Assembly (NCBI GenBank): GCA_963707915.1
Contig: OY970178.1
Location: forward strand, 3,168,001 to 3,232,000
Reading direction: 5' to 3'
Length of the DNA stretch: 64,000 nucleotides
Source: Candidatus Eiseniibacteriota bacterium
Lineage (GTDB): Bacteria; Eisenbacteria; RBG-16-71-46
The notes under the pieces are model-generated. The model had not been told where the DNA came from, searched no databases, and saw nothing but the letters and a program-made list of their open reading frames with translations. The position numbers were made by a program, and so were the translations under genes. Below are positions 9,722 through 18,402 of the stretch, in pieces (the first letter of the stretch is position 1; the number at the start of each line of letters is the position of its first letter).

Positions 9722-10300
9722 ATGCATGGAGTGTCGCCCCGGGTGACCAGCGCCAGCGGAACGCCAGAGGTGGCCCCGGTGGCCACCGACCTCGAGGAGG
9801 CCGCGCTGGCCGCGGCCGGGGACACCCGTGCGTTCGAGCGGCTCTACCGCGCCCACGTGGCGCGCATCCACGGCCTGGTCCGGCGGATGCTGGGTACGGA
9901 TGAAGCGACGGAGGTCACTCAGGACGTGTTCGTCAGAGCCTGGCAGAAGATCGGGAGCTTCCGGGGCGAGGCCGCCTTCGGGACCTGGCTGCACCGGGTG
10001 GCGGTGAACGTGGTGCTCACCCGCCGGGCCCAGCTCGGCACCCGCCGCAGCCGCTTCATCAGCGACGAGCAGGTGCTGGAGAACGTGCCCGCCCGCCCGG
10101 GCTCGCGGGACTTCGGCATCGATTTCGAGGGCGCCGTCGCCCGCCTGCCCGAGGGGGCGCGGCACATCTTCGTCCTGCACGACGTCGAGGGCTACCGCCA
10201 CGAGGAGATCGCCGGGCTGCTCGGCGTCACCTCGGGCACGACCAAGGCCCAGCTCCACCGTGCGCGCATGCTGCTGCGCGGCCACCTCGGGACCGCGTGA
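9722..10300 (+). CDS. ECF RNA polymerase sigma factor (sigma70 family)
   Basis: GDTRAFERLY, TQDVFVRAW, FGTWLHRVAVN (region 2), EEIAGLLG..GTTKAQLHRAR (region 4). Start could also be GTG at 9743. Confidence 0.92.
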   Translation: MHGVSPRVTSASGTPEVAPVATDLEEAALAAAGDTRAFERLYRAHVARIHGLVRRMLGTDEATEVTQDVFVRAWQKIGSFRGEAAFGTWLHRVAVNVVLTRRAQLGTRRSRFISDEQVLENVPARPGSRDFGIDFEGAVARLPEGARHIFVLHDVEGYRHEEIAGLLGVTSGTTKAQLHRARMLLRGHLGTA

Positions 10301-11025
10301 TGATCCCCGATCGGGACGCCTGGACCGACCGCCTGTCGGAGTACGTGGACGGCGAGCTGGATGCCGCCGAGCGCGCGGCGCTCGAGGTGCACCTGCAACT
10401 CTGCGAAGGCTGCGCCGGCACGGTCGAGGAGTTGCGCGCCGTGGTCCGGCGTGCCGGGACGATGGAGTCGGGGGCGCCCGGAACGGACCTGTGGCCCGCC
10501 ATCGAGGCGCGGATCTCCGCCCCGCGGAAGGCGCAGGTGTTCGACCTGCGCGATGGTCACGGACACGAGGCCGGGCGGCGGGCGGAAACGTGGCTGCCGC
10601 GCCGCTGGAGCTTCACGCTCCCGCAACTGGCCGCCGCCGCGGCATTGATCGTCCTGCTCTCGAGCGTGACCGTGTGGAGCGTGCTCTCGCGCCGCCCGGC
10701 CGCCGTCGCGCCGCCGGCCGGCCCGTCGGCCGCCGCCCCGCTCGCCGCCGCCGTGCAGCCGGCGGGGTTCGAGGCCGCCCGCTACGACGCGGCCATCGCC
10801 GACCTCGAGCGCGTACTGAAGGAGCACCGCGGCGAGCTGGACCCGGCCACGGTCCGCGTCATCGAGCGGAATCTGGCCATCATCGATCAGGCGACCGACC
10901 AGGCGCGCAAGGCCCTGGCCGCCGATCCGGCGAACCGCTACCTGAACGGACATCTCGCTTCACAACTCATGCGCAAGATGGCGCTGCTGAGGCAGGCGAC
11001 GGCCCTCGTCGCCGTGCACGGCTAG
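10297..11025 (+). CDS. Zinc-binding (ZAS, zf-HC2) transmembrane anti-sigma factor
   Basis: LSEYVDGEL...HLQLCEGC (HxxxCxxC), single TM helix, translationally coupled to the sigma gene. Confidence 0.88.
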   Translation: MMIPDRDAWTDRLSEYVDGELDAAERAALEVHLQLCEGCAGTVEELRAVVRRAGTMESGAPGTDLWPAIEARISAPRKAQVFDLRDGHGHEAGRRAETWLPRRWSFTLPQLAAAAALIVLLSSVTVWSVLSRRPAAVAPPAGPSAAAPLAAAVQPAGFEAARYDAAIADLERVLKEHRGELDPATVRVIERNLAIIDQATDQARKALAADPANRYLNGHLASQLMRKMALLRQATALVAVHG

Positions 11026-11037
11026 GAGAGGAAGACC

Positions 11038-12117
11038 ATGTTCCTTCGATTCGCGCTGATCGCACTGCTGGCCTCGAGCGCCGGGGCCTGGGCCGCCGGG
11101 GCGGGCGAGCCTCGCGCCCCCCGGGCTCCCGCCCGCCCGGCTGCACCCGAGCGCGCCGTGCCGCCGGCGCCTCCACATCCTCCGGAGCTGGCCGGGGATG
11201 ACGAGCCGGAGAGCACCGACACGACGTTCTCGGTTCCGCCGCGGGGCAGGCTCGAACTGGAGAACCTGTCCGGCGACATCGTGGTCTCGGGCTGGGACCG
11301 GAGCGCGATGCGGGTCCGGGCCGAGCACGGACCGCGCACGCATCTCGAGATGGACGTCCGCCCGGCCACGGTCAGGCTGCGCTCGGTCCGGCGCATCCGG
11401 ATCCCCATGCTGGGGAACAGCCGGCACGAGCGGGTCGAGGACATCGAGGTCCCGTCGCGGGTGGAGTATCGGCTGACGGTCCCGCGCTGGATGAGCATGC
11501 GGCTCTCCGGGGTCAACTCGGTGATCTCCGTCGCGGGCGTCGAGGGAGACGTGAGTGCCGAGACGGTGAACGGGCCGGTGACCGTACGGGGCGGCAGGGG
11601 CTCGATCCGCGCCAACTCGATCAACGGCCCGGTGGAGATCACCGGGGCCCGCGGCTCGGTCGAGGCCGGATCGATGAACGATGGGGTCATCCTGCGGGAC
11701 GTGGAGGGCCGGGTGCGGATCGAGACCGTCAGCGGGGACGTGGCCCTCGAGCGGATCGTCTCGGACGCGGTCGAGGCGGCCACGGTGAGCGGGAACCTGC
11801 GCTATTCCGGCGCGCTGAGCCCGGGTGGCAGCTATCGGCTCGAGAGCCACAGCGGCGACTTGACCGTGATCCTGCCGGAGCGCCCGGACGTGACCGTCTC
11901 GGTGGACACCTACAGCGGCGAGTTCACGTCGAGCGTTCCCATGCAGTCGAAGTCCACGTCCACGGTGGTGAGGGGGCGCGGGAAGGAGTTCAACTTCACG
12001 CTCGGTGACGGCCGCGCCGAGCTGAGCCTGGAGTCGTTCTCGGGCTTCATCCGGCTGGTGCGCGCGACCGAGCCTGCGCCGCGCGTCCGCGTGGTCAAGG
12101 TGCGAAGGGACAAGTGA
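11038..12117 (+). CDS. DUF4097-family secreted beta-repeat protein
   Basis: Signal peptide, then TVNG/SING/TVSG/SHSG repeats. Confidence 0.82.
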   Translation: MFLRFALIALLASSAGAWAAGAGEPRAPRAPARPAAPERAVPPAPPHPPELAGDDEPESTDTTFSVPPRGRLELENLSGDIVVSGWDRSAMRVRAEHGPRTHLEMDVRPATVRLRSVRRIRIPMLGNSRHERVEDIEVPSRVEYRLTVPRWMSMRLSGVNSVISVAGVEGDVSAETVNGPVTVRGGRGSIRANSINGPVEITGARGSVEAGSMNDGVILRDVEGRVRIETVSGDVALERIVSDAVEAATVSGNLRYSGALSPGGSYRLESHSGDLTVILPERPDVTVSVDTYSGEFTSSVPMQSKSTSTVVRGRGKEFNFTLGDGRAELSLESFSGFIRLVRATEPAPRVRVVKVRRDK

Positions 12118-12137
12118 AGCGCGACAGGAGATCCGAC

Positions 12138-13019
12138 ATGAAGATGCACGGCCGAAGTCTCGTCAACCGGTCCCTGCGCAGGGCCCTCGGACGGCTCGTG
12201 ATCGTGGCCGCAACCACAGTGGGGCCCGCTGCGGGCGCGGCGCTGGCCGCACCGCACCAGGGGGCGGCCACGACCCCGAGCCGGTCCTCCGGCGGGACCA
12301 TGGACTTCGACGGGTCCTGGCGGCTGGCGCCGGGCCAGGCCCTCGAGATCGAGGGCGTGAACGGAGCGATCCGCGCCACCGGCACCCCGGGGAAGGAAGT
12401 CGTGGTCCACGCGCGCAAGCACGCCCGGCACAGCGACCCGTCCAGGGTCACGATCGAGGTCATCGAGCACGCGGACGGGATCACGCTGTGCGTGCGCTAC
12501 CCGGACACCCGGGGGCACCGCAACGAATGTGCCCCCCACGGCGGGAGCCACATGACCACCGGCGACAACGACGTCACGGTGGACTTCGACGTGCAGCTGC
12601 CGGCCGATGTGCGCCTGCTCGCGCGCACGGTCAACGGCGAGGTGGAGGCCCGGGGTCTCGGCGCCGACGCCGAGGCGCACACCGTCAACGGCTCCGTGAC
12701 GCTCGAGACCCGCGGCCGCGCCGAGGCGACGACGGTGAACGGCTCGGTCAGCGCACGCCTGGGCTCGCTGGGTGTGAAGGAGCCCCTGGACTTCTCGACG
12801 GTGAACGGCAGCATCACGCTGGAACTGCCGGAGAACGCCGGCGCCGAGGTCGCGGCGCGGAACGTGAACGGCGGGATCGAGACCGACTTCCCGATCGCGG
12901 TGCGGCGGGCGGGCCTCGTGGGCCACCGGTTGCAGGGCGCCATCGGACACGGCGGACCGCGGCTCGATCTCTCCACCGTGAACGGGAGCATCCACCTGCG
13001 GAAGGTGCGCGACCGCTAG
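12138..13019 (+). CDS. DUF4097-family secreted beta-repeat protein
   Basis: AGGAG RBS, signal-like N-terminus, multiple TVNG repeats. Confidence 0.82.
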   Translation: MKMHGRSLVNRSLRRALGRLVIVAATTVGPAAGAALAAPHQGAATTPSRSSGGTMDFDGSWRLAPGQALEIEGVNGAIRATGTPGKEVVVHARKHARHSDPSRVTIEVIEHADGITLCVRYPDTRGHRNECAPHGGSHMTTGDNDVTVDFDVQLPADVRLLARTVNGEVEARGLGADAEAHTVNGSVTLETRGRAEATTVNGSVSARLGSLGVKEPLDFSTVNGSITLELPENAGAEVAARNVNGGIETDFPIAVRRAGLVGHRLQGAIGHGGPRLDLSTVNGSIHLRKVRDR

Positions 13020-13095
13020 CCGGAAGGCGCCGGGCCGCGGGCCGGTGACGCGCCGGCCCGCGGCCGCCGGCCCCGTTCTCCGGTTCGGAGCGCGC

Positions 13096-14577
13096 TCACT
13101 CGCCCGGGTAGTCGCCCTCCGCCACCTTCCACGCGGTCCGGTAGGCCAGGCGCGTGAGCGCCTCGAACAGGCGCGGGTTGAGCGTGCCCGGCGTGTCGCC
13201 CGGCTGGTGGAGATGGGGGTAGGAGAAGCGCGAGGCGAAGTAGAGCGTGGGGATGCCCCGCTCGGCGAAGGGCGTCGCGTCGGCCCCGCCGCCGCCCCAG
13301 GTGTCCTCGACCGAGAGCCGCGCGCCGCGCTGGTCGAGCTCGCGCGCGAGTCGCCAGAGCTTCGGCGAGGTCTTGCCGCTCCCGAGTTGGATCGAGTCGC
13401 CGACCGCGATGCAGTCGAGGTTCAGGTAGGCGACGATGTCGCCAAGCGGGACCGGCGGGTGATCGACGAAGCGCTTCGCCCCCTCGAGCCCGGACTCCTC
13501 GGAGGAGAGGAGTACGAAGACGACCGACCGCTTCGGCGGTGCGCCGGCGCGCGCGAAGGCTTCGGCGAGCGCCATCACGGCTGCCGCGCCCGAGGCGTTG
13601 TCGTTGGCGCCGGGAAAGGTGAGACCCGCCTGGCTGCCGACGTGGTCGAGGTGCGCGCCGATCACCAGGCACTGGTCGCGCAGCGCCGGGTCGGCGCCCG
13701 CGAGGATGCCGACCACGTTCGCCGAGGGCCGCCTCGCCTGGTAGCGGGCCGTGACGCCGACGCGGACCGAGACGCCGAGCTCGCGTGAGCGCGGCTGCCG
13801 GGTCGAGTCGATCGCCGCCTTGAGGTCCGCGAGCCGCAGGCCCGTGGCGGCCAGCATCTCCTGCGCGACCGGGACGTCCACCATCAGCCGGGGGAAGGCT
13901 TCGTCCTGCGGCCCGGGACCTTCGAGCACGCTGCCGATCGGCTTCGTCAGCCCCTCCGGGTCGGCGGCCGCGACCAGGAGCAGGCCCCGCGCGCCGTGCG
14001 CGGCGGCGACCCGTCCCCGGGGCCGCGGCAGCACGCGGTCGCCCCAGCCGGTCGAGTCGAGCGCGAAGGGCGGGGGGGGCTTGAACGCGAGCACGACCTT
14101 GCCGCGCACGTCGAGCCCGGCGTAATCGTCGTAGCCCAGGCCGGGCTCCGAGATGCCGTAACCCGCGAAGACGGCCGGCGCGGTGAAGGCGCCGGAGCCG
14201 GTCAGGCCGCGGGCGACGAAGTCGGGGCCGAGCCTCAGCTCGCGCGTCACGCCGCCGGGCAGCACCAGCGCGAGGCGGCACGTGTCGATCTCCAGGTACT
14301 CGACGTCGAGGGGCTGGAAGAATCCGCCGTCGCCGCCGGGCCTCAGGCCCAGCCTTCCGAAGCGCCCGGCCGCCTCGTGGGCCGCCTCCATGTAGCCGGG
14401 TCCGCCGGCCAGGCGCCCGGCGTAGCGCGGGGAGGCCCAACGCTCGACCGTCTTCATGAGCCCCGCTGCGCGGATGGTCTCGACGCCGGGGAATTCCCGG
14501 GTGGCGGCGCCGCCGGCTCGCGCGATGAGCAGAGCCGGCAGGACCAGGCCCACGACGATGATGAGGATGCGGCGCAT
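13096..14577 (-). CDS. M28 family aminopeptidase with PA domain, secreted
   Basis: Signal peptide; PA region FAGYGI...DDYAGLDVRGKVV; GAHLDH, GANDNASG, SEESGLEG, NLDC, HLHQPGD. Confidence 0.92.
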   Translation of the reverse strand: MRRILIIVVGLVLPALLIARAGGAATREFPGVETIRAAGLMKTVERWASPRYAGRLAGGPGYMEAAHEAAGRFGRLGLRPGGDGGFFQPLDVEYLEIDTCRLALVLPGGVTRELRLGPDFVARGLTGSGAFTAPAVFAGYGISEPGLGYDDYAGLDVRGKVVLAFKPPPPFALDSTGWGDRVLPRPRGRVAAAHGARGLLLVAAADPEGLTKPIGSVLEGPGPQDEAFPRLMVDVPVAQEMLAATGLRLADLKAAIDSTRQPRSRELGVSVRVGVTARYQARRPSANVVGILAGADPALRDQCLVIGAHLDHVGSQAGLTFPGANDNASGAAAVMALAEAFARAGAPPKRSVVFVLLSSEESGLEGAKRFVDHPPVPLGDIVAYLNLDCIAVGDSIQLGSGKTSPKLWRLARELDQRGARLSVEDTWGGGGADATPFAERGIPTLYFASRFSYPHLHQPGDTPGTLNPRLFEALTRLAYRTAWKVAEGDYPGE

Positions 14578-14640
14578 GGGGAACCTCCGGGCGGCTGCAG
14601 GTGACGTCTTGCGACCCAACGTTTCCACGCTACCACTTCC

Positions 14641-14715
14641 GTGCGGGGGACGGGGCTGGCCCTGGGCGAGCGCATGGTGCCTCTGCTCGCCCAGGACCAG
14701 CCCCGTCCCCCGCAC
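14641..14715. repeat. Long palindrome 1 (31-bp arms, 13-nt loop)
   Basis: GTGCGGGGGACGGGGCTGGCCCTGGGCGAGC-GCATGGTGCCTCT-GCTCGCCCAGGACCAGCCCCGTCCCCCGCAC, one mismatch. Confidence 0.9.
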
Positions 14716-14756
14716 CCGCGGGGCGCGCCCGCCACGACGGCGGGCGATGCCGGATC

Positions 14757-14823
14757 GGGGCGCCGGAGCGAGGGTGGGCGAGCGCATGGTGCCGCTGCTC
14801 GCCCGTCCTCGCTCCGGCGCCCC
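14757..14823. repeat. Long palindrome 2 (27-bp arms, 13-nt loop), same apex as palindrome 1
   Basis: GGGGCGCCGGAGCGAGGGTGGGCGAGC-GCATGGTGCCGCT-GCTCGCCCGTCCTCGCTCCGGCGCCCC; both mismatches are G-T pairs. Confidence 0.9.
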
Positions 14824-14913
14824 CGTGACCGCACGCGTGCCGTGTCGGGGTGGCGCACGACCGCGGCGGCGGCGTAACCTCGCGGCCTCGCAACGCCGAC
14901 CCGGAGGGCAGCC

Positions 14914-16611
14914 ATGAACGTCGCGACCATCGCACTGATGCTCGTCGTCCTCGTCCACGGCGGCGGCAGTGGGCTCGCGGGCCCGTACCTGCCGCCCGCC
15001 GACCTTGTCGTGCGCGGCGCGGTCATCCACACCGGCACCGGCGGCGCGTGGACGCCCAGCGCCATGGCCATCCGCCACGGGCGCATCATCCAGATCGGCA
15101 ACGAGCCCTCGGTCTCGCCCTTGATCGGCGCGGGCACGCACGTGCTCGACCTCGGCGGCCTCACGGTCCTGCCCGGGTTGGTGGACTCGCACGGTCACGT
15201 GCTGGGGCTCGGCGGCCTGCTCGCCGACGCGGACGTGACGGCGACGACCTCGTACGCGGCGGTGGTCGAGTCGGTGCGGGTGCGCGCCGCGCGCACGCCG
15301 GCCGGGGAGTGGATCCGGGGACGCGGCTGGGACCAGAACGACTGGGCGGATCCGTCCTTCCCGCATCACGCCGCGCTCTCGGCCGCGGTGCCGGACCATC
15401 CGGTGGCGCTCACCCGCGTGGACGGGCACGCGCTGCTGGTCAACCGCCGCGCGCTCGAGCGGGCCCACATCACGCGCGACACCCCCGATCCGCCGGGCGG
15501 CGAGATCCTGCACGGCGCCGACGGCGAGCCCACCGGCGTGCTGGTGGACGCCGCGATCGACCTGGTCACGGCGGTCATTCCCCCGTTCACGCCCGCGCAG
15601 CGCGAGGAGCGAATGCTCGCCGCCATGCGCGAGTGCGCCCGCGTCGGTCTCACCATGGTCGGCGACGCGGGCATCGAACGCGAGACCTGGGATGCCTACC
15701 GGGCGCTGCTGGCGCGCGGCACGTTCCCGATCCGCATCAACGCCATGGCGAGCGTGCCCGGGGGCCTGGCCGACGAGTTGCTGGCGACCGGCCCGCGGGA
15801 GGGCGACCGCCTGATGCTGCGCGCGCTCAAGGTCGTGGCCGACGGCGCGCTGGGCTCGCGCGGGGCGCTGCTCTCGGCCGACTACAGCGACCAGCCCGGG
15901 CACCGCGGGCTCGTGACCTTCCCCTTCGACAGCCTCGAGCGCGTGGCCGGACGCGCACGGGCGAAGGGCCTGCAGGTGCGCGTGCACTGCATCGGCGACC
16001 TCGCCGTCACGAAGACCCTGGACGCCTTCGAGCACGCCTTCGGCGGGCGGCCGCGCCCCGCCCTGCGCTGGGCCATCGAGCACGCGCAGGTCGTGCGCCC
16101 CGAGGACGTCCGGCGCTTCGCGCGGCTCGGCGTCGTCGCGTCGATGCAGGCCACGCACGCGACCTCCGACGGCCCGTGGGCCGGGCGCCGCCTGGGCCCG
16201 GAGCGCGTGACGTGGTCCTACGCCTGGCGGCAGTTCCTCGACGCCGGCGCGCGCTTCGCCGACGGCAGCGACTTCCCGGTCGAGAGCGCGAACCCGATGC
16301 TGGGCCTCTACGCCGCGATCACGCGGCGCGACCTGGCGGGGGAGCTGCCCGCGGGCGGCTGGCGGCCTGAGGAGCGCCTCACCGCGGACGAGGCGCTCAG
16401 GAGCTTCACTATCTGGGGCGCCTGGCTCGCCTTCCGCGACCGCGACCTGGGCTCGCTCGAGATCGGCAAGCAGGCCGACTTCATCGTGCTGGACCGCGAC
16501 CCCATCCTCGGCCCGGTCGCCGACATCCCGAAGACGCGTGTCCTGCGCACCGTGGTGGCGGGCGAGACGGTGTACGAGGCGGACACGCCGGGCGAACCCC
16601 TCCGGCCATGA
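14914..16611 (+). CDS. Amidohydrolase (amidohydrolase_3, YtcJ-like)
   Basis: PGLVDSHGH, RVDGHALLVN, K..ADGALGSRG, HCIGD, IEHAQ, GSDFPVE, GSLEIGKQADF. Confidence 0.92.
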   Translation: MNVATIALMLVVLVHGGGSGLAGPYLPPADLVVRGAVIHTGTGGAWTPSAMAIRHGRIIQIGNEPSVSPLIGAGTHVLDLGGLTVLPGLVDSHGHVLGLGGLLADADVTATTSYAAVVESVRVRAARTPAGEWIRGRGWDQNDWADPSFPHHAALSAAVPDHPVALTRVDGHALLVNRRALERAHITRDTPDPPGGEILHGADGEPTGVLVDAAIDLVTAVIPPFTPAQREERMLAAMRECARVGLTMVGDAGIERETWDAYRALLARGTFPIRINAMASVPGGLADELLATGPREGDRLMLRALKVVADGALGSRGALLSADYSDQPGHRGLVTFPFDSLERVAGRARAKGLQVRVHCIGDLAVTKTLDAFEHAFGGRPRPALRWAIEHAQVVRPEDVRRFARLGVVASMQATHATSDGPWAGRRLGPERVTWSYAWRQFLDAGARFADGSDFPVESANPMLGLYAAITRRDLAGELPAGGWRPEERLTADEALRSFTIWGAWLAFRDRDLGSLEIGKQADFIVLDRDPILGPVADIPKTRVLRTVVAGETVYEADTPGEPLRP

Positions 16612-18392
16612 TGCGGGCCGCGTCCCGCGCCGTCCGCCCCTTCGAGCGGACCTGGGGGCAGGCGGCCGCGTTCCTGGACCGCTCGCGGCGGCTGAACCTC
16701 GCGGACCTGCTGGTGCTGCTGGGGATCGCGGGGCTGTTCATCGGCGTCGCGCGGGTCGGGCACGAGTGGACCGGGACGCTGCGGCCGGTCGTGAGCATCG
16801 ACCTCTCGCCCGCGGCGCTGCCGCGCTACGCGTTCTATTCGCTCTCCCGCGGGCTGCTGGCCTACGTGCTGTCGCTGGCCTTCACGCTGGTCTACGGCTA
16901 CTGGGCCGCCAAGGACCGGCTGGCCGAGCGCGTGCTGATGCCGCTGCTCGACGTCCTGCAGAGCGTGCCGATCCTGGGCTTCATGCCGGGGCTGGTGCTG
17001 GCCCTGGTCGCGCTCTTCCCGCGCACCAATACCGGCCTCGAGCTGGCCGCCGTGCTCATGATGTTCACCGGCCAGGTGTGGAACATGACCTTCAGCTTCC
17101 ACCACTCCCTGCGCTCGGTCCCGCAGGAGCTCCAGGAGGTGGCGTCGGCCTACCGCTTCACCGCCTGGCAGCGGCTCCGGCGGGTCGAGCTGCCGTCGGC
17201 CACCACCGGGCTGGTGTGGAACAGCATGATGAGCATGGCCGGCGGCTGGTTCTTCCTGATGATCAACGAGGCCTTCGTGCTCGGCGACCGCGACTTCCGC
17301 CTGCCCGGGCTGGGTTCCTACATGAGCGTCGCGGTGGCGCACGGCGACGGGCGCGCGATGGTGTGGGCGGTGATCGCGATGACCGGGATGATCGTGCTGC
17401 TCGACCAGTTGCTCTGGCGGCCGGCGGTGGTGTGGGCGCAGCGCTTCCGCACCGAGGAGACGGCCTCCGCGCAGTCCGAGACCTCGTGGTTCCTGGACTG
17501 GCTGCGTCGCTCGCACCTGCCGCGCGCGCTGGCGCGCCTGCTGCGCGTGGCGGGGCGCCGGCTGCCGGGGCCGGGGCGCGGCGCGCGGCGCGAGGCGGCG
17601 CCGCCCGCCCCCGTGCCACGGTCGCCGGCCGGTCGCGGCATCGGGCGCCGGGCGCTCTCGATCGCGGCCTTCGCCGCGTTGACCGGCCTGCTGCTCTTCG
17701 CCGGGGTCCGCCTGGTCGCGCTGCTCGGCGCGCTGGCCCCGGCGCGCTGGCTGGCGCTGGTCGGCGCCGCGCTGGTGACGCTGCTGCGCGTGCTGGTGGC
17801 GGTGGTGCTGGGCACGCTGTGGACGCTGCCGGCCGGCCTGGCGATCGGCCTCTCGCCCCGGCTCTCCCGCGCGCTCCAGCCGGTGACGCAGGTGGCGGCC
17901 TCGTTCCCGGCGCCGATGCTGTTCCCGGCGGTGCTGGCGCTGCTGCACCTCATGGGTGTGCCGCTCACGGTCGGCAGCGTCGTGCTCATGCTGCTGGGCA
18001 CGCAGTGGTACATCCTCTTCAACGTCGTGGCCGGGGCGAGCGCGATCCCCACCGACCTGCGGGAGGCCGCGACCAGCTACCGCCTGACGCGCTGGCAGCG
18101 CTTCAGGTCGCTCCACGCGCCGGCGGTGTTCCCCTACCTGGTGACCGGGTGGGTGACCGCGGCGGGCGGGGCCTGGAACGCCAGCATCGTCGCCGAGTAC
18201 GTCAGCTTCCACGGCCAGGTGCATACCGCCTGGGGCGTGGGCTCGCAGATCAGCCTGGCCGCGCAGCACGCGGACTTCCCCGCCCTGGCCGCGGGCGTGA
18301 CGGTGCTCTCGGTCATGGTCGTGATCTTCAACCGCCTGGTGTGGCGACGCTGCTATCATCTGGCCGAGCGGCGCTACTCGCTGGACTTCTGA
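16608..18392 (+). CDS. ABC transporter permease, NitT/TauT family, duplicated membrane domains
   Basis: LDVLQSVPILGF, WNSMMSMAGGWFFL, ASFPAP, QWYILFNV, GGAWNASIVAE. Confidence 0.9.
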   Translation: MMRAASRAVRPFERTWGQAAAFLDRSRRLNLADLLVLLGIAGLFIGVARVGHEWTGTLRPVVSIDLSPAALPRYAFYSLSRGLLAYVLSLAFTLVYGYWAAKDRLAERVLMPLLDVLQSVPILGFMPGLVLALVALFPRTNTGLELAAVLMMFTGQVWNMTFSFHHSLRSVPQELQEVASAYRFTAWQRLRRVELPSATTGLVWNSMMSMAGGWFFLMINEAFVLGDRDFRLPGLGSYMSVAVAHGDGRAMVWAVIAMTGMIVLLDQLLWRPAVVWAQRFRTEETASAQSETSWFLDWLRRSHLPRALARLLRVAGRRLPGPGRGARREAAPPAPVPRSPAGRGIGRRALSIAAFAALTGLLLFAGVRLVALLGALAPARWLALVGAALVTLLRVLVAVVLGTLWTLPAGLAIGLSPRLSRALQPVTQVAASFPAPMLFPAVLALLHLMGVPLTVGSVVLMLLGTQWYILFNVVAGASAIPTDLREAATSYRLTRWQRFRSLHAPAVFPYLVTGWVTAAGGAWNASIVAEYVSFHGQVHTAWGVGSQISLAAQHADFPALAAGVTVLSVMVVIFNRLVWRRCYHLAERRYSLDF

Positions 18393-18402
18393 GAGGAGAG
18401 CC

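Noticed and set aside
14641..14823. Twin hairpins as a mini-CRISPR, a guanidine-II riboswitch or integron attC sites
   Set aside because: Only two units, with pairing extending beyond the repeat; no paired ACGR tetraloops; no RYYYAAC/GTTRRRY ends; no cas or integrase gene.
1593..16158. Very long ORF-track calls for OPT (986 aa) and M28 peptidase (1020 aa) suggesting fusions
   Set aside because: The N-terminal extensions overlap other genes and are low-complexity; internal starts at 3536 and 14577 fit the families.
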